DNA of 30,000 nt from Rhodocyclaceae bacterium (lineage in GTDB: Bacteria > Pseudomonadota > Gammaproteobacteria > Burkholderiales > Rhodocyclaceae): NCBI GenBank assembly GCA_013791905.1, contig VMSX01000030.1, forward strand, positions 74,741 to 104,740. Direction: 5' to 3'. Every line of letters begins with the position of its first letter. Positions within the stretch are counted from its first letter, which is position 1. Position numbers and translations under genes: made by a program. Of the stretch, positions 15,143-26,638 are shown in pieces. The notes beneath the pieces were generated by a model. That model was given only the letters and a program-made list of their open reading frames with translations. It searched no databases and was not told where the DNA came from.

Positions 15143-15363
15143 TTGGCCAGCTCGCGTAAGGCGGCGCGGCGCTTCTTCATGATGCGTTGCGCTTCGCTCA
15201 TCTGTTGCTCAAATGCTGGGTCGTTTGGCGTGACCACATACCCGTCCGGGGTTTCGGTCAGAAAGAGTGATTCGCCTTTCTCCAGCTTCAGATTGGCGAG
15301 GACTTCCTTGGGCAGGATGACGCCGATCGAGTTGCCGATCTGGGTCAGTTTGAGGACGTGCAT
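15139..15363 (-). CDS. AbrB/MazE/SpoVT-type antitoxin (Phd-equivalent partner of Doc)
   Basis: 74 aa: MHVLKLTQIGNSIGVILPKEVLANLKLEKGESLFLTETPDGYVVTP is a typical swapped-hairpin (AbrB-like) antitoxin N-terminus. GGAG lies 7 nt before the ATG. Confidence 0.85.
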   Translation of the reverse strand: MHVLKLTQIGNSIGVILPKEVLANLKLEKGESLFLTETPDGYVVTPNDPAFEQQMSEAQRIMKKRRAALRELAK

Positions 15364-15380
15364 GGCAGACTCCGATTGAT

Positions 15381-15399
15381 GTTATAACAGACGTTATAC
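15381..15399 (-). promoter_or_regulatory. Candidate operator/promoter of the antitoxin-doc operon
   Basis: GTTATAAC-agac-GTTATAC lies 18-36 nt upstream of the antitoxin ATG. The minus strand reads GTATAAC-gtct-GTTATAAC, a near-perfect inverted repeat with embedded TATAAC -10-like hexamers. Confidence 0.4.
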
Positions 15400-15420
15400 T
15401 AAACCGAAGCCCAAGCCATT

Positions 15421-18000
<2,580 letters not shown>

Positions 18001-18030
18001 GATTGCCTCCCGAATAACGTTACTGCCAAC

Positions 18031-18055
18031 GTTGGGACTAGATGGTCGTTTTCAA
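18031..18055 (-). promoter_or_regulatory. Sigma-32 (RpoH)-like heat-shock promoter for clpB
   Basis: The minus strand reads TTGAAA-acgaccatctagt-CCCAACGT, compared with the remembered consensus TTGAAA-N13/14-CCCCATNT. It lies 30-55 nt upstream of the clpB ATG. Confidence 0.45.
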
Positions 18056-18102
18056 CTCTAGACGACCGGGGCATAATACGCACCAACAAAAAAGGGGGGG
18101 GA

Positions 18103-19752
18103 ATGGCAACCAGAACAATCCATCCGGTGCTGGCGGCCCTGCGCGGCAAGGCAAGCGGCAAGGTCGTTAGTGCGCGCACGGCTGTGGAGTTGATCCGTGA
18201 CGGCGATACGGTTGCGACGGGCGGATTTGTTGGCATCGGCTTTCCCGAACAGATTGCGGTCACGCTGGAGGAACTATTTCTCGAAACCCGCGATCTGCCA
18301 CCGCAACCCAGCGGTCGCCCGCGCAACCTCACCCTCGTCTATGCCGCCGGGCAGGGCGACGGCAAGGACCGTGGACTCAACCATCTGGGCTATGAAGGAC
18401 TGATCAAGCGCGTCATCGGCGGCCATTGGGGACTGGTGCCGCGCGTCCAGGTACTGGCGGTCGAAAACCGCATCGAAGGCTGGAATCTGCCGCAGGGCGT
18501 CATCTCTCACATGTTTCGTGATATTGCCGCCGGCAAGCCCGGCACACTGACGCATGTCGGCTTGGGGACCTTCGTCGACCCACGGTTTGGCGGTGGCAAG
18601 CTCAACCCGCGCACCACCGAAGACTTGGTGCGGCTGATGGAAATCGATGGCAAGGAATGGCTCTTCTACAAGGCCTTCCCGATCCATGTCGGCATCATCC
18701 GCGGCACCACGGCCGACCCGGACGGCAACGTCACCATGGAAAAAGAGGCATTGACTCTCGAAGCCCTGGCCATTGCCATGGCCGCACACAACTCGGGCGG
18801 TATCGTCATCGTCCAGGTCGAGCGGGTCGCCGCCAGCGGTTCGCTGCCGCCCCGCCAAGTGAAAATTCCCGGAATCCTGGTGGACTGCGTGGTCGTGGCC
18901 GAGAAACCCGAATACCACATGCAGACCTTCATCGAGCAGTACAGCCCGGCCTTTTCCGGCGAAATCAGGGTGCCGCTCTCGACTATTCCTGTATTACCGA
19001 TGGACGAGCGCAAGATCATCGCCCGCCGCGCGGCGCTGGAACTGACTGCGCATGCTGTAGTGAATCTGGGCATCGGCATCCCCGAAGGGGTCGCGTCCGT
19101 CGCTACCGAGGAGGGCGTGCTCGACCAGATGACCATGACGGCCGAGCCCGGCGTGGTCGGCGGCATCCCGGCCGGCGGCCTCAACTTTGGCGCCGCCACC
19201 AATACCGAGGCAATCATCGACCAGCCCAGCCAGTTCGATTTTTACGACGGCGGCGGGCTGGATATCGCCTTTCTCGGTCTGGCGCAGGCCGATCGCGCCG
19301 GCAACCTCAACGTCATCAAGTTTGGCAAGCGGATGGCGGGGGCGGGCGGCTTCATCAACATTTCGCAAAACGCCCACAAGGTGGTGTTCCTCGGCACCTT
19401 CACCGCCGGCGGCCTGAAAGTCGCCATCGAGGACGGCTGCTTGCGTATATTGCAGGAAGGGCACACGCAAAAATTCGTCGATGAGGTCGAGATTCGTGCT
19501 TTCAGCGGCAGCGAAGCCCTCAAGCGCGAGCAGCCGGCGCTTTACATTACCGAACGCTGCGTGTTTTGCCTCGGGCCGGAAGGTCTGGAACTGACCGAGA
19601 TAGCCCCCGGCATCGACCTGGAACGCGACATTCTGGCCCATATGGGCTTTCGCCCGATCATGCACACTGCCCCGGTGCTCATGGATGCACGCATTTTTGG
19701 CAACGAGCTGATGGGACTGGAGGCCATGTTCATGGCACCTGCCGGCGGGTAA
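18103..19752 (+). CDS. Family I CoA-transferase (acyl-CoA:acetate/3-ketoacid, YdiF/propionate CoA-transferase type)
   Basis: 549 aa from ATG 18103 ([11 protein letters not shown]-rich SD upstream). Motifs: [33 protein letters not shown]. The track's N-terminal extension from 17902 overlaps clpB and is spurious. Confidence 0.8.
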   Translation: MATRTIHPVLAALRGKASGKVVSARTAVELIRDGDTVATGGFVGIGFPEQIAVTLEELFLETRDLPPQPSGRPRNLTLVYAAGQGDGKDRGLNHLGYEGLIKRVIGGHWGLVPRVQVLAVENRIEGWNLPQGVISHMFRDIAAGKPGTLTHVGLGTFVDPRFGGGKLNPRTTEDLVRLMEIDGKEWLFYKAFPIHVGIIRGTTADPDGNVTMEKEALTLEALAIAMAAHNSGGIVIVQVERVAASGSLPPRQVKIPGILVDCVVVAEKPEYHMQTFIEQYSPAFSGEIRVPLSTIPVLPMDERKIIARRAALELTAHAVVNLGIGIPEGVASVATEEGVLDQMTMTAEPGVVGGIPAGGLNFGAATNTEAIIDQPSQFDFYDGGGLDIAFLGLAQADRAGNLNVIKFGKRMAGAGGFINISQNAHKVVFLGTFTAGGLKVAIEDGCLRILQEGHTQKFVDEVEIRAFSGSEALKREQPALYITERCVFCLGPEGLELTEIAPGIDLERDILAHMGFRPIMHTAPVLMDARIFGNELMGLEAMFMAPAGG

Positions 19753-19849
19753 ACGCCCCAAAATCCTGAATTCTTGATTCCAGTCAGATAAAAGTCAGCC
19801 GGCCGTGCTAAATTGAATCTATCTCTGACTCACCAATAAGGAGCGGATC

Positions 19850-20365
19850 ATGGCCGGGAAAAGCGAAAACTTCAGCGATCTCAATCGCAGGAATATGGAA
19901 GCCGCCATGCGGCTGGCGCAGATGTCCATCGAGAATTCACAACGCGTGATGACGCTGCAGAATGAATTGGCACGCGAAATGTTCCAGCAGGGCGTAGAGA
20001 ATGCCCGTAACCTGACGAGTGCCAAGGATCCGCAGCAGCTTATGCAACTGCGCACCCAGTACGCGCAGGAAACCGCCCAGCAGATGATGGTGGCGGCGCA
20101 GAAAGTTGCCGAAATCGGCAATGATGCCCGTGCGGAATTTACCCGCATGCTCACCGAGCAACTGGCGTCCGGCAACCAGGAAATGGTCGACGCCTTCCAG
20201 GGTTTTTTCAAGTCCATGCCCGGGCAAAATACGAACATCATGGAAGTCATGCAGCAGTCCATGGCGACGGCCAACAGCGCTTTCGAGCAGATTGCCCAAG
20301 CGTCGGCCGCAGCCTTCGGCGGCATGCCCGGCGTTGCGCCGAAAAGCGCTGCAAAGAAGAAGTAA
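19850..20365 (+). CDS. Phasin-family PHA granule-associated protein
   Basis: 171 aa, alanine/glutamine-rich and helical: NMEAAMRLAQMSIENSQRVMTLQNELAREMFQQGVENARNLTSAKDPQQLMQLRTQYAQE. AAGGAG lies 7 nt before the ATG. Confidence 0.8.
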   Translation: MAGKSENFSDLNRRNMEAAMRLAQMSIENSQRVMTLQNELAREMFQQGVENARNLTSAKDPQQLMQLRTQYAQETAQQMMVAAQKVAEIGNDARAEFTRMLTEQLASGNQEMVDAFQGFFKSMPGQNTNIMEVMQQSMATANSAFEQIAQASAAAFGGMPGVAPKSAAKKK

Positions 20366-20369
20366 GATT

Positions 20370-20508
20370 CCTTCCCCCGCCCCCTCCCATGTGAGGGGGT
20401 GAAGTTCCTCGCTGCGCTCGCTTGTTACGGGGTGGTTTTGTTCCTGTCGGGAGCGGGTTGCGGCTTCGCCGCGTGCCGTCCTACCTTGGGGCGGCCCGGC
20501 GGCAGGAC
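20370..20508 (+). repeat. Structured intergenic repeat, type A, copy A4
   Basis: The plus strand is the C-rich-first sense: CCTTCCCCCG-CCCCCTC-ccatgt-GAGGGGG..CCTCGCTGCGCTCGCT ... GTCCTACC-TTGGGGCGGCCCGGC-GGCAGGAC. It starts 4 nt after the phasin stop. A degenerate flank extension (CACAAAGGTCGCTGCG) may reach about 20551. Confidence 0.85.
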
Positions 20509-20554
20509 TGTACTGTTATTCCTTTACCGTTAGGCCTTCACAAAGGTCGCTGCG

Positions 20555-21061
20555 TTAATCCGGTTGCCAGCGTTTTGCAGCGAGGTCGTCTGTCGTGCGC
20601 GCATCGACCCAGCGGCCCCCCTCCGGGGTCTCTTCCTTTTTCCAGAACGGTGCCTGGGTCTTGAGATAGTCCATGATGAATTCGCAGGCGGCGAAGGCGT
20701 CGCCGCGATGCGCGGAGGAAACCCCGACAAAGACGATGCGTTCGCCTGGTAGCAGGCGGCCGACGCGATGGATGACGCGCACCGTGCGCAGTTCCCAGCG
20801 TTTTTGCGCAGCAGCCACGATGTCGGCCAGCGCCTGTTCGGTCATGCCGGGGTAGTGTTCCAGCGTCATCGCCGTTACTGCGGCGGGGCGCTCCGGCTGT
20901 GACGCCGTCTCGCCAGAGCCGGCTTTTTGCTCAGCCAGTTTGTCGGCGCGAACCAGGCCGACGAAGCTGGCGACCGCGCCCGCCATGGGATCTGCGGCGC
21001 TTAGCGCGGCGATCTCGGTGCCGACATCAAAATCGGCAACCTGGACGCTAACCTCTTTCAT
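20555..21061 (-). CDS. moaE: Molybdopterin synthase catalytic subunit
   Basis: ASFVGLVR..TLEHYPGMTE..VGVSSAHRGDAFAACEFIMDYLKTQAPFWKKE. I place the start at ATG 21061 (MKEVSVQV). The track start at 21082 lies inside repeat B2. Confidence 0.9.
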   Translation of the reverse strand: MKEVSVQVADFDVGTEIAALSAADPMAGAVASFVGLVRADKLAEQKAGSGETASQPERPAAVTAMTLEHYPGMTEQALADIVAAAQKRWELRTVRVIHRVGRLLPGERIVFVGVSSAHRGDAFAACEFIMDYLKTQAPFWKKEETPEGGRWVDARTTDDLAAKRWQPD

Positions 21062-21164
21062 GCCCTCGCAGGGCCGCCCCAAGAGGGCATGCGCCCCCCG
21101 TCACCGCTTCGGGTGATTTCATGGGGGGCAGCGAGCTGTTTATTGCGAGCGTGGGGGGCCATTA
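21059..21164 (-). repeat. Structured intergenic repeat, type B, copy B2
   Basis: The plus strand reads CATGCCCT-cgcaGGGCCGCCCCAAG-AGGGCATG, then GCCCCCC-(GTCACCgcttcgGGTGAt..)-GGGGGGC-AGCGAG..TTGCGAGCGTGGGGGGCCATTA. It fills the moaD-moaE junction. Confidence 0.9.
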
Positions 21165-21165
21165 A

Positions 21166-21411
21166 CTATCCACCGGTGACCGGGGGGAAGAAGGCGATCT
21201 CGTCACCGTCGGCAATGTCCGCGTCCATGCCACATACTTTCCGATTCACGGCGGCGCGCAGATTCTTTGTCTTCAGCAGCGCGGGATGTTGCCTGGCGAG
21301 AGCATCGCGCAAGCCGCCGACGGTCGTAACCTCCGGCGGGGGGGCGAAATTTTCGGCAGTTATGCCAATCGCTTCGCTGATGCTGGCGAAATAGAGGATT
21401 TTCAGGTTCAT
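21166..21411 (-). CDS. moaD: Molybdopterin synthase sulfur-carrier subunit
   Basis: 81 aa from ATG 21411 (MNLKILYFASI..), ending ..FFPPVTGG with the diagnostic C-terminal Gly-Gly. Confidence 0.9.
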   Translation of the reverse strand: MNLKILYFASISEAIGITAENFAPPPEVTTVGGLRDALARQHPALLKTKNLRAAVNRKVCGMDADIADGDEIAFFPPVTGG

Positions 21412-21418
21412 GGCTGGA

Positions 21419-22618
21419 CTATAGCAAATCAGCAAAGGAGAGAAAGCGTACGGTATCGCCGGCCTGGAACGACTTGCGCGGCGGATTATCGATCAGGCCG
21501 TCGGCCCAGACGCAGGAGGTCAGCACGCCGGAACCCTGATTGGGGTGCAACTCGGCGCGGCCGTCCGCGGTGATGCGCGCGCGCAGGAATTCGCGCCGGA
21601 TATCGGGCCGCACCCAGTCGGACGCCGACACCAGCTGATGTTCCACGGGCTGACAGCGCTGCGCGCCCATGCACCTGAGAATATACGGCCGCACCAGCAT
21701 CATGAAGGTGACGAAGCCGGAGACCGGATTGCCCGGCAGACCAATGAACGCCGTGCTGCCAATACCGATTTTGCCAAATGCAAGAGGTTTGCCCGGCTTG
21801 ATGCCGATCTTCCAAAGCGCCAGTTCGCCTTCAGCCTCGACGGCAGCCTTGACGTGATCTTCCTCGCCGACCGAGACGCCGCCGGTCGACAGGATCAGGT
21901 CATGGTCCGGCGCCGTGGTTTGCAAAGCCTGGCGCGTTGCAGCCAGATTGTCGGGAATCCGGCCGAGATCCGTGACCACGCAGCCCAGGCCTTCCAGCAG
22001 TGCATGCAAGGTGGGGCGGTTGGAGTTGTAGATGGCGCCCGACGGCAACGGCTCTCCCGGTTCGGCCAGTTCGTCGCCGGTCGACAGCAGGGCAACCCGC
22101 ATGCGCCGCCGCACCGGCAATTGTGCCAAGCCGACTGAGGCCGCCACGCCGAGTTCGGCCGCCCCCAGCTGCGCGCCGGCGGGCAGGACTTCCGCACCCG
22201 GCGCGATGTCTTCCCCGGCGCGCCGGATATGGTTGCTGGGTGTCGGTACTTGATTGATGACGACCCGGCCCTGGTCGTCGAGAATGCAGTGCTCCTGAAT
22301 CACTACGGCATCCGCACCCGCCGGAATCGGCGCGCCGGTGAAAATGCGCGCTGCCGTGCCGGGCAGCAGGGCATGGCCGACTTTGCCCGCCGGGATGCGC
22401 TGCTCGATAGGCAGGCTGACGCCCGTGGTGGTGACATCGGCGCAGCGCACTGCGTAGCCATCCATCGCGCTGTTATCGAGCGGCGGTACGGCGATGGTCG
22501 AGATTTGCGCCTCGGCGAGAATGCGCCCGCGCGCCTCGCTCAGTCCGACCGTCTCGATTGTGTTCACCGGCACGGCGGCCGCCAGCAGTTGCTCAAGTGC
22601 TTGTTCGTAAGTCAGCAT
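21419..22618 (-). CDS. moeA: Molybdopterin molybdotransferase
   Basis: 399 aa. Motifs: PLDNSAMDGYAV, LSTGDEL, STGGVSVGEEDHVK, and IKPGKP. Confidence 0.92.
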   Translation of the reverse strand: MLTYEQALEQLLAAAVPVNTIETVGLSEARGRILAEAQISTIAVPPLDNSAMDGYAVRCADVTTTGVSLPIEQRIPAGKVGHALLPGTAARIFTGAPIPAGADAVVIQEHCILDDQGRVVINQVPTPSNHIRRAGEDIAPGAEVLPAGAQLGAAELGVAASVGLAQLPVRRRMRVALLSTGDELAEPGEPLPSGAIYNSNRPTLHALLEGLGCVVTDLGRIPDNLAATRQALQTTAPDHDLILSTGGVSVGEEDHVKAAVEAEGELALWKIGIKPGKPLAFGKIGIGSTAFIGLPGNPVSGFVTFMMLVRPYILRCMGAQRCQPVEHQLVSASDWVRPDIRREFLRARITADGRAELHPNQGSGVLTSCVWADGLIDNPPRKSFQAGDTVRFLSFADLL

Positions 22619-23121
22619 GGCATTTCCAGATGCTTGAGAATGAATGTGGCGATGGCATCAACGTCGTTGAGGTCGAGCTGGGGCAGAGGGCAATCAACGA
22701 GCTGGCCAACTGCGGCATCGGTCGCCACCACTATGACGCTCGGATTATCCGGCCAGATCGGTGGTTTGCCATGCGCCGGGCGATGCACTTCCAGCTTGGG
22801 GATGGTGGTCTGCTTGAATCCTTCGACCAGCACCAAGTCGCAGGGCGACAGCACGCCCAGTTGATCCTGCAGGGAAGGTTCGGGCTGGCCCTGCAGTTCG
22901 TGCATCAGCACCCAGCGCGTATCGCAGGTCAGCAGCACCTCGCCGGCACCGGCGGCGCGATGGCGGTAGGAATCCTTGCCCGGATGGTCGACATCGAAAT
23001 TGTGATGGGTGTGCTTGATCAGCGAAACCGACAGGCCACGCGCCTTGAAGCGCGGGATCAATTGTTCGATCAGCGTGGTTTTCCCAGCGCCGGAATAACC
23101 GGCAAAACCGAAAGTCTTCAA
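22612..23121 (-). CDS. mobB: Molybdopterin-guanine dinucleotide biosynthesis adapter protein MobB
   Basis: KTFGFAGYSGAGKTTLIEQLI (P-loop), LIKHTHHNFDVDHPGKDSYRH. The TTG start shares TTGA with the upstream stop, and its own stop overlaps the moeA ATG by 7 nt. Confidence 0.88.
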   Translation of the reverse strand: MKTFGFAGYSGAGKTTLIEQLIPRFKARGLSVSLIKHTHHNFDVDHPGKDSYRHRAAGAGEVLLTCDTRWVLMHELQGQPEPSLQDQLGVLSPCDLVLVEGFKQTTIPKLEVHRPAHGKPPIWPDNPSVIVVATDAAVGQLVDCPLPQLDLNDVDAIATFILKHLEMPC

Positions 23122-24404
23122 GATGCTGTTACTCCAAGGACCGGGGCGAAACCCCCGCCGGGGGTCCGCAGATTGGCTGTCTGGCCTTGCCAGAGGCGGG
23201 CGGATACGAGTTGGACTGCGCCACTGTAGACGAAGTTGCGCAGGTCGACCTTGAGCTCGGTCATTTCCCCGGCGACCTCCACCTTGCGCAGCGAGGGAGG
23301 CGCCAAGGCTTGTGCAACATAGACGCCCTGCAGCACCTCGTCGAACACGCGCTTGGTGATCTTGTCGCCGCGATAGGCGGCTTTCGAGGCGTAACCCGTC
23401 GCGGGTTTGAAGAACAGTTGCTTGCGTCTCGCCCAGAAATCATCGGCACGCTCAAGTGTGACCAACTCGGTGCGCGGTATGGCGGACAACAACAGTGCAC
23501 GCGATTCGGCAGCGACGCCCCAGCTTTCGAGCAGGGCGGCGTCGGTCAGCGCGCAGAGGTTGCGCTTGTCGGCGTACAGGGCGTGGGCGAAGGGGTGCGG
23601 GGTGACAACGGCGACGCCGCGCAGGATGGCTTCGCGCAGGACGGCGTGGGCATTCTCGGTGAGGTCGAAATCGGTCAGGCGGTTGTAGACCAGGTCGACG
23701 CGGGTTTCTCCGTGGTCGCATGACAGCCATAGTCCGCCATGACAGAGCATCAACTCGCGCGGGTCGCAGATCAGCGCCTGCAGGCCGTGGCGGGCGAACA
23801 GGCGGCGGAACAGTTCGAACTCGGGTTGCAGGTACTGGCCGGCCGGATCGTCGTCGACGATGGCGATGGTGGTCAGGGGCGTGTCGCCGCGTTCCAGCCG
23901 CCATTCGTTGCGGAACATCTCGATGAACATTTCCGCCGGATCGTGGCGGGCCAGTTCGCCTGGCAGCACAATCTTGCTGGCGGCGGCTTCCGGGCAACAA
24001 CTGCGCTGGGCGTGGGCGAGGATGGCGTTGAGCAGCCCGCCGCCGGCATTGGTGTTGATCTCGATGAGTTGCGGGCCGGCGGCGCTCATGTGAAAGTCAT
24101 AGCCGAAAAACACGCTTTGCGCCCGGGGTTCCGGGAAAGCGGAATTCGCGATGCCGATGTGCTGGCGATAGGCCGGCAGTGCCGTCACCTGTTCGATGGC
24201 GGCGATGACAGCTGCCATGCGGGCGAGGTCGTGCGCGCCGACAAACACGGTCACGTCCGAAAACATGTGTGGCCGTGGGGCGATCACAGTGTCCCAGAAA
24301 TCGGGGGCCTCGTGTTCGAGCGCGCTGCGCAAGGCAGCGCGATCCAGCGATTGGCAGATGCAGCCGGTGTTCAAGCTTTCAGCCAGGGTGCGGCATTGGG
24401 TCAT
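23118..24404 (-). CDS. Conserved hypothetical protein, apparently a circularly permuted ATP-grasp fold
   Basis: An ATP-grasp C-terminal-type motif sits near the N-terminus (FGYDFHMSAAGPQLIEINTNAGGG). It is followed by VDLVYNRLTDFDL, LYADKRNL, FFKPATGYASKAAYRG and GQTANLRTPGGGFAPV. The ATG at 24404 overlaps the dinG stop by 1 nt (TGATG). The function call is from pattern memory only. Confidence 0.5.
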   Translation of the reverse strand: MTQCRTLAESLNTGCICQSLDRAALRSALEHEAPDFWDTVIAPRPHMFSDVTVFVGAHDLARMAAVIAAIEQVTALPAYRQHIGIANSAFPEPRAQSVFFGYDFHMSAAGPQLIEINTNAGGGLLNAILAHAQRSCCPEAAASKIVLPGELARHDPAEMFIEMFRNEWRLERGDTPLTTIAIVDDDPAGQYLQPEFELFRRLFARHGLQALICDPRELMLCHGGLWLSCDHGETRVDLVYNRLTDFDLTENAHAVLREAILRGVAVVTPHPFAHALYADKRNLCALTDAALLESWGVAAESRALLLSAIPRTELVTLERADDFWARRKQLFFKPATGYASKAAYRGDKITKRVFDEVLQGVYVAQALAPPSLRKVEVAGEMTELKVDLRNFVYSGAVQLVSARLWQGQTANLRTPGGGFAPVLGVTAS

Positions 24405-26389
24405 CAAACAAGCTCCGCCTCAAAAAAAGCTTCGACATCGGCCAGTTCCCGGCTGCGTCGCATCGGTGGCAAGGACTGCCAGATGCGGCGGCCATAGGAT
24501 TTGCCGATCAGCCGCGGGTCGCACACCATCAGCACGCCGCGGTCGACTTCGTCGCGGATCAGGCGCCCGGCGCCCTGTTTCATGCTGATGACGGCACGCG
24601 GCAACTGTACCTCGAAAAACGCATTGCGGCCCTGCTGTTTCAGGCTGTCGATGCGTGCCGCCAGCACCGGATCGTCCGGCGGGGCGAACGGCAGCTTGTC
24701 GATCACCACCAGCGAAAGCGCCGCGCCACGGACATCGACGCCTTCCCAGAAACTCTGGCTGGCCACCAGCACGGCATTGCCTAGTTGGCGGAAGCGGTCG
24801 AGCAGTTCCGACTTCGAGCATTCGCCCTGCAGCAGCAGCGGCATCTCGGCGCCGGCCGCGGCAATCCGGGTGGCCAGCAACTCGTGGATGCGGCGCATGG
24901 CGCGCAGCGAGGTGCACAGCACGAAGGCGCCGCCGCGCGCTGCGCTCGACGCGCGAATGACCGGCCAGGCGGCTTCGACCACCGCTTCCGAATAATCGGG
25001 ATGGTTCGGCTCGGGCAAGCCCTGCGGGCAATACAGCAAGGCGTTCGCCGGGTAGTCGAAGGGACTGTCCCAGCGGCCCGTCGTCGCCTCGCTCAAGCCC
25101 AGCGCCTGCTGGTAATGGCTGAAATCGCTGCCGACCGCGAGCGTCGCCGAGGTGAATATCCAGGCGCGCGGATGGCCTTCCAGTTGGCGGCGAAAGATGT
25201 TGGCCACTGACAGCGGCGTGAGATTCAGGGTCACTGCATAGGTGCCGACCTCGACCCAGCGCACGTAAATCTCTTCTACATCACTTGTAGTCGCCGTTCC
25301 GCCAGCGCCGACTTTCTGTGTCTGCCAGTGTCGCAGTTGAAAAATGGTTTCACCACAGCGGCGCAGGCAGTTGGCGAGGCCTTCGGAACGTCCGGCCTGG
25401 CTTTCGATATGCTTGTTCAACTCGTCCAGCGTGCCTTGCAATTCCGCCAGCGCCGCTACCGCCGCCTCGTGCGTTTGCCACTGGGCGAACGACAGCCGCA
25501 TGCCTTCGTGCTTGAATGCCAGGCGCAGATCCTTGGTGGCTTTTTCCAGCGCGCGCGCGGCGTCCTGCAGCGGCGTGTAGTCCTTGGCGGCGGCGATGCC
25601 TTCCAGCTTCACGTCGCGCGCCAGATCGAGCAGCTGGCCGGTGCCGATGGCCTCGCCGAAAAACAGGCCGGCGACCTCGGGCAACTGGTGGGCCTCGTCG
25701 AAGATGACGGTATTGCAGGCCGGCAGCAGTTCGCCCATGCCGTCGTCCTTGAGCATGACATCGGCGAAAAACAGATGGTGATTCACCACCACCACATCGG
25801 CGGCCAGCGCCTCGCGGCGGGCGGCCACCACAAAGCATTCCTTGACGTAGGCGCATTCCTGGCCGAGGCAGTTGTCGCGTGTCGAGGTGGCCAGCGGCCA
25901 GGCGCCGGAATCGTCCGGCACGTCGCGGCACTCGGCCTTGTCGCCGGTCGCCGTCGCTTTGGCGAAGCGGGCGATGGCATTCAGGTGGATGACTTCGGCG
26001 CGTGAATTGAGTCGCCCGCCGGCCAGCGACCGTTCGAGGTGATACGGGCAGACGTAATTCGAACGCCCCTTCAACAGCGCCACTGTCGCCGGCACGCCCA
26101 GCGCTTTCCGCACGGTCGGCAGGTCGCGGTTGAAGAGCTGGTCCTGCAGGGTCTTGGTGCCGGTGGAAATGATCACCTTGCCACCGGACAATAGCGCGGG
26201 CGCCAGGTAGGCAAAGGTCTTGCCCGTGCCGGTACCCGCTTCGGCGATCAGCAGATCGTTGGCTTCGATGGCGGCGAGAACCCGGCGTGCCATATCGACC
26301 TGCTGATCGCGCAGGCGGTAACCTTCAATGGCCCGCGCGAGCGGTCCATCGGCAGCGAAGAGGCGTTCGAGATCAGGTTTGGCAGGCAT
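24404..26389 (-). CDS. dinG: ATP-dependent DNA helicase, DinG/YoaA family (Fe-S, XPD-like)
   Basis: Walker A EAGTGTGKTFAYL, DEAH box VIFDEAHQL, a Cys cluster (NYVCPYH .. AECRD .. DNCLGQECAYVKEC), and C-terminal QGAGRLIRDE. Confidence 0.88.
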   Translation of the reverse strand: MPAKPDLERLFAADGPLARAIEGYRLRDQQVDMARRVLAAIEANDLLIAEAGTGTGKTFAYLAPALLSGGKVIISTGTKTLQDQLFNRDLPTVRKALGVPATVALLKGRSNYVCPYHLERSLAGGRLNSRAEVIHLNAIARFAKATATGDKAECRDVPDDSGAWPLATSTRDNCLGQECAYVKECFVVAARREALAADVVVVNHHLFFADVMLKDDGMGELLPACNTVIFDEAHQLPEVAGLFFGEAIGTGQLLDLARDVKLEGIAAAKDYTPLQDAARALEKATKDLRLAFKHEGMRLSFAQWQTHEAAVAALAELQGTLDELNKHIESQAGRSEGLANCLRRCGETIFQLRHWQTQKVGAGGTATTSDVEEIYVRWVEVGTYAVTLNLTPLSVANIFRRQLEGHPRAWIFTSATLAVGSDFSHYQQALGLSEATTGRWDSPFDYPANALLYCPQGLPEPNHPDYSEAVVEAAWPVIRASSAARGGAFVLCTSLRAMRRIHELLATRIAAAGAEMPLLLQGECSKSELLDRFRQLGNAVLVASQSFWEGVDVRGAALSLVVIDKLPFAPPDDPVLAARIDSLKQQGRNAFFEVQLPRAVISMKQGAGRLIRDEVDRGVLMVCDPRLIGKSYGRRIWQSLPPMRRSRELADVEAFFEAELV

Positions 26390-26441
26390 GGCGGGCGCGG
26401 CATGGTAGCACGCGACATCTCAACTCTATTCGGCAAACAAA

Positions 26442-26638
26442 CGCCGTCCAGCCAGCGCCGACTTTTCTGATTTAACCCTCCCCAACTGTAGCCTTGCCGC
26501 CGGGCCGCCCCAAGGCAAGGCGGCACGCGGCGCCAGCCGCAAACCGCACCGCTACCAGAACAAAGCTCCGCGTGATAGACGAGCGCAGCGAGCAACAGTC
26601 ACCTCCCCCGTGAGGGGGAGGATGGGAGGGGGCGGGGC
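26442..26638 (-). repeat. Structured intergenic repeat, type A, copy A5 (with flank extension)
   Basis: The plus strand reads CGCCGTCCAGCCAGCGCCGACTTTTCTGATTTAACC..GCCTTGCC-gccGGGCCGCCCCAA-GGCAAGGC ... GACGAGCGCAGCGAGCAACAGTCA-CCTCCCCC-GTGA-GGGGGAGG-ATGGGAGGGGGCGGGGC. It ends directly against the cysK stop codon (26639). Confidence 0.9.

Noticed and set aside
20370-20410. GC-rich hairpins of the repeats acting as classical Rho-independent terminators
   Set aside because: None of the hairpins is followed by a T/U tract in either orientation. Three copies also sit inside operons where termination would be deleterious. A stabiliser or attenuator role is not excluded.
26390-26441. LexA/SOS box upstream of the dinG-family helicase
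   Set aside because: No CTGT-N8-ACAG-type palindrome is present between A5 and the ATG.
26248-26595. Repeat-encoded peptides such as ..CGWRRVPPCLGAARRQG.. (ORFs 26248..26595 -, 3459..3764 -, 5280..5816 -, 20422..20664 +) as a conserved small-protein gene family
   Set aside because: Start codons, frames and stops are not conserved between copies, and indels shift the frame in the variable centre. The variable positions co-vary as base pairs rather than as codons, so structure explains the conservation better than coding does.
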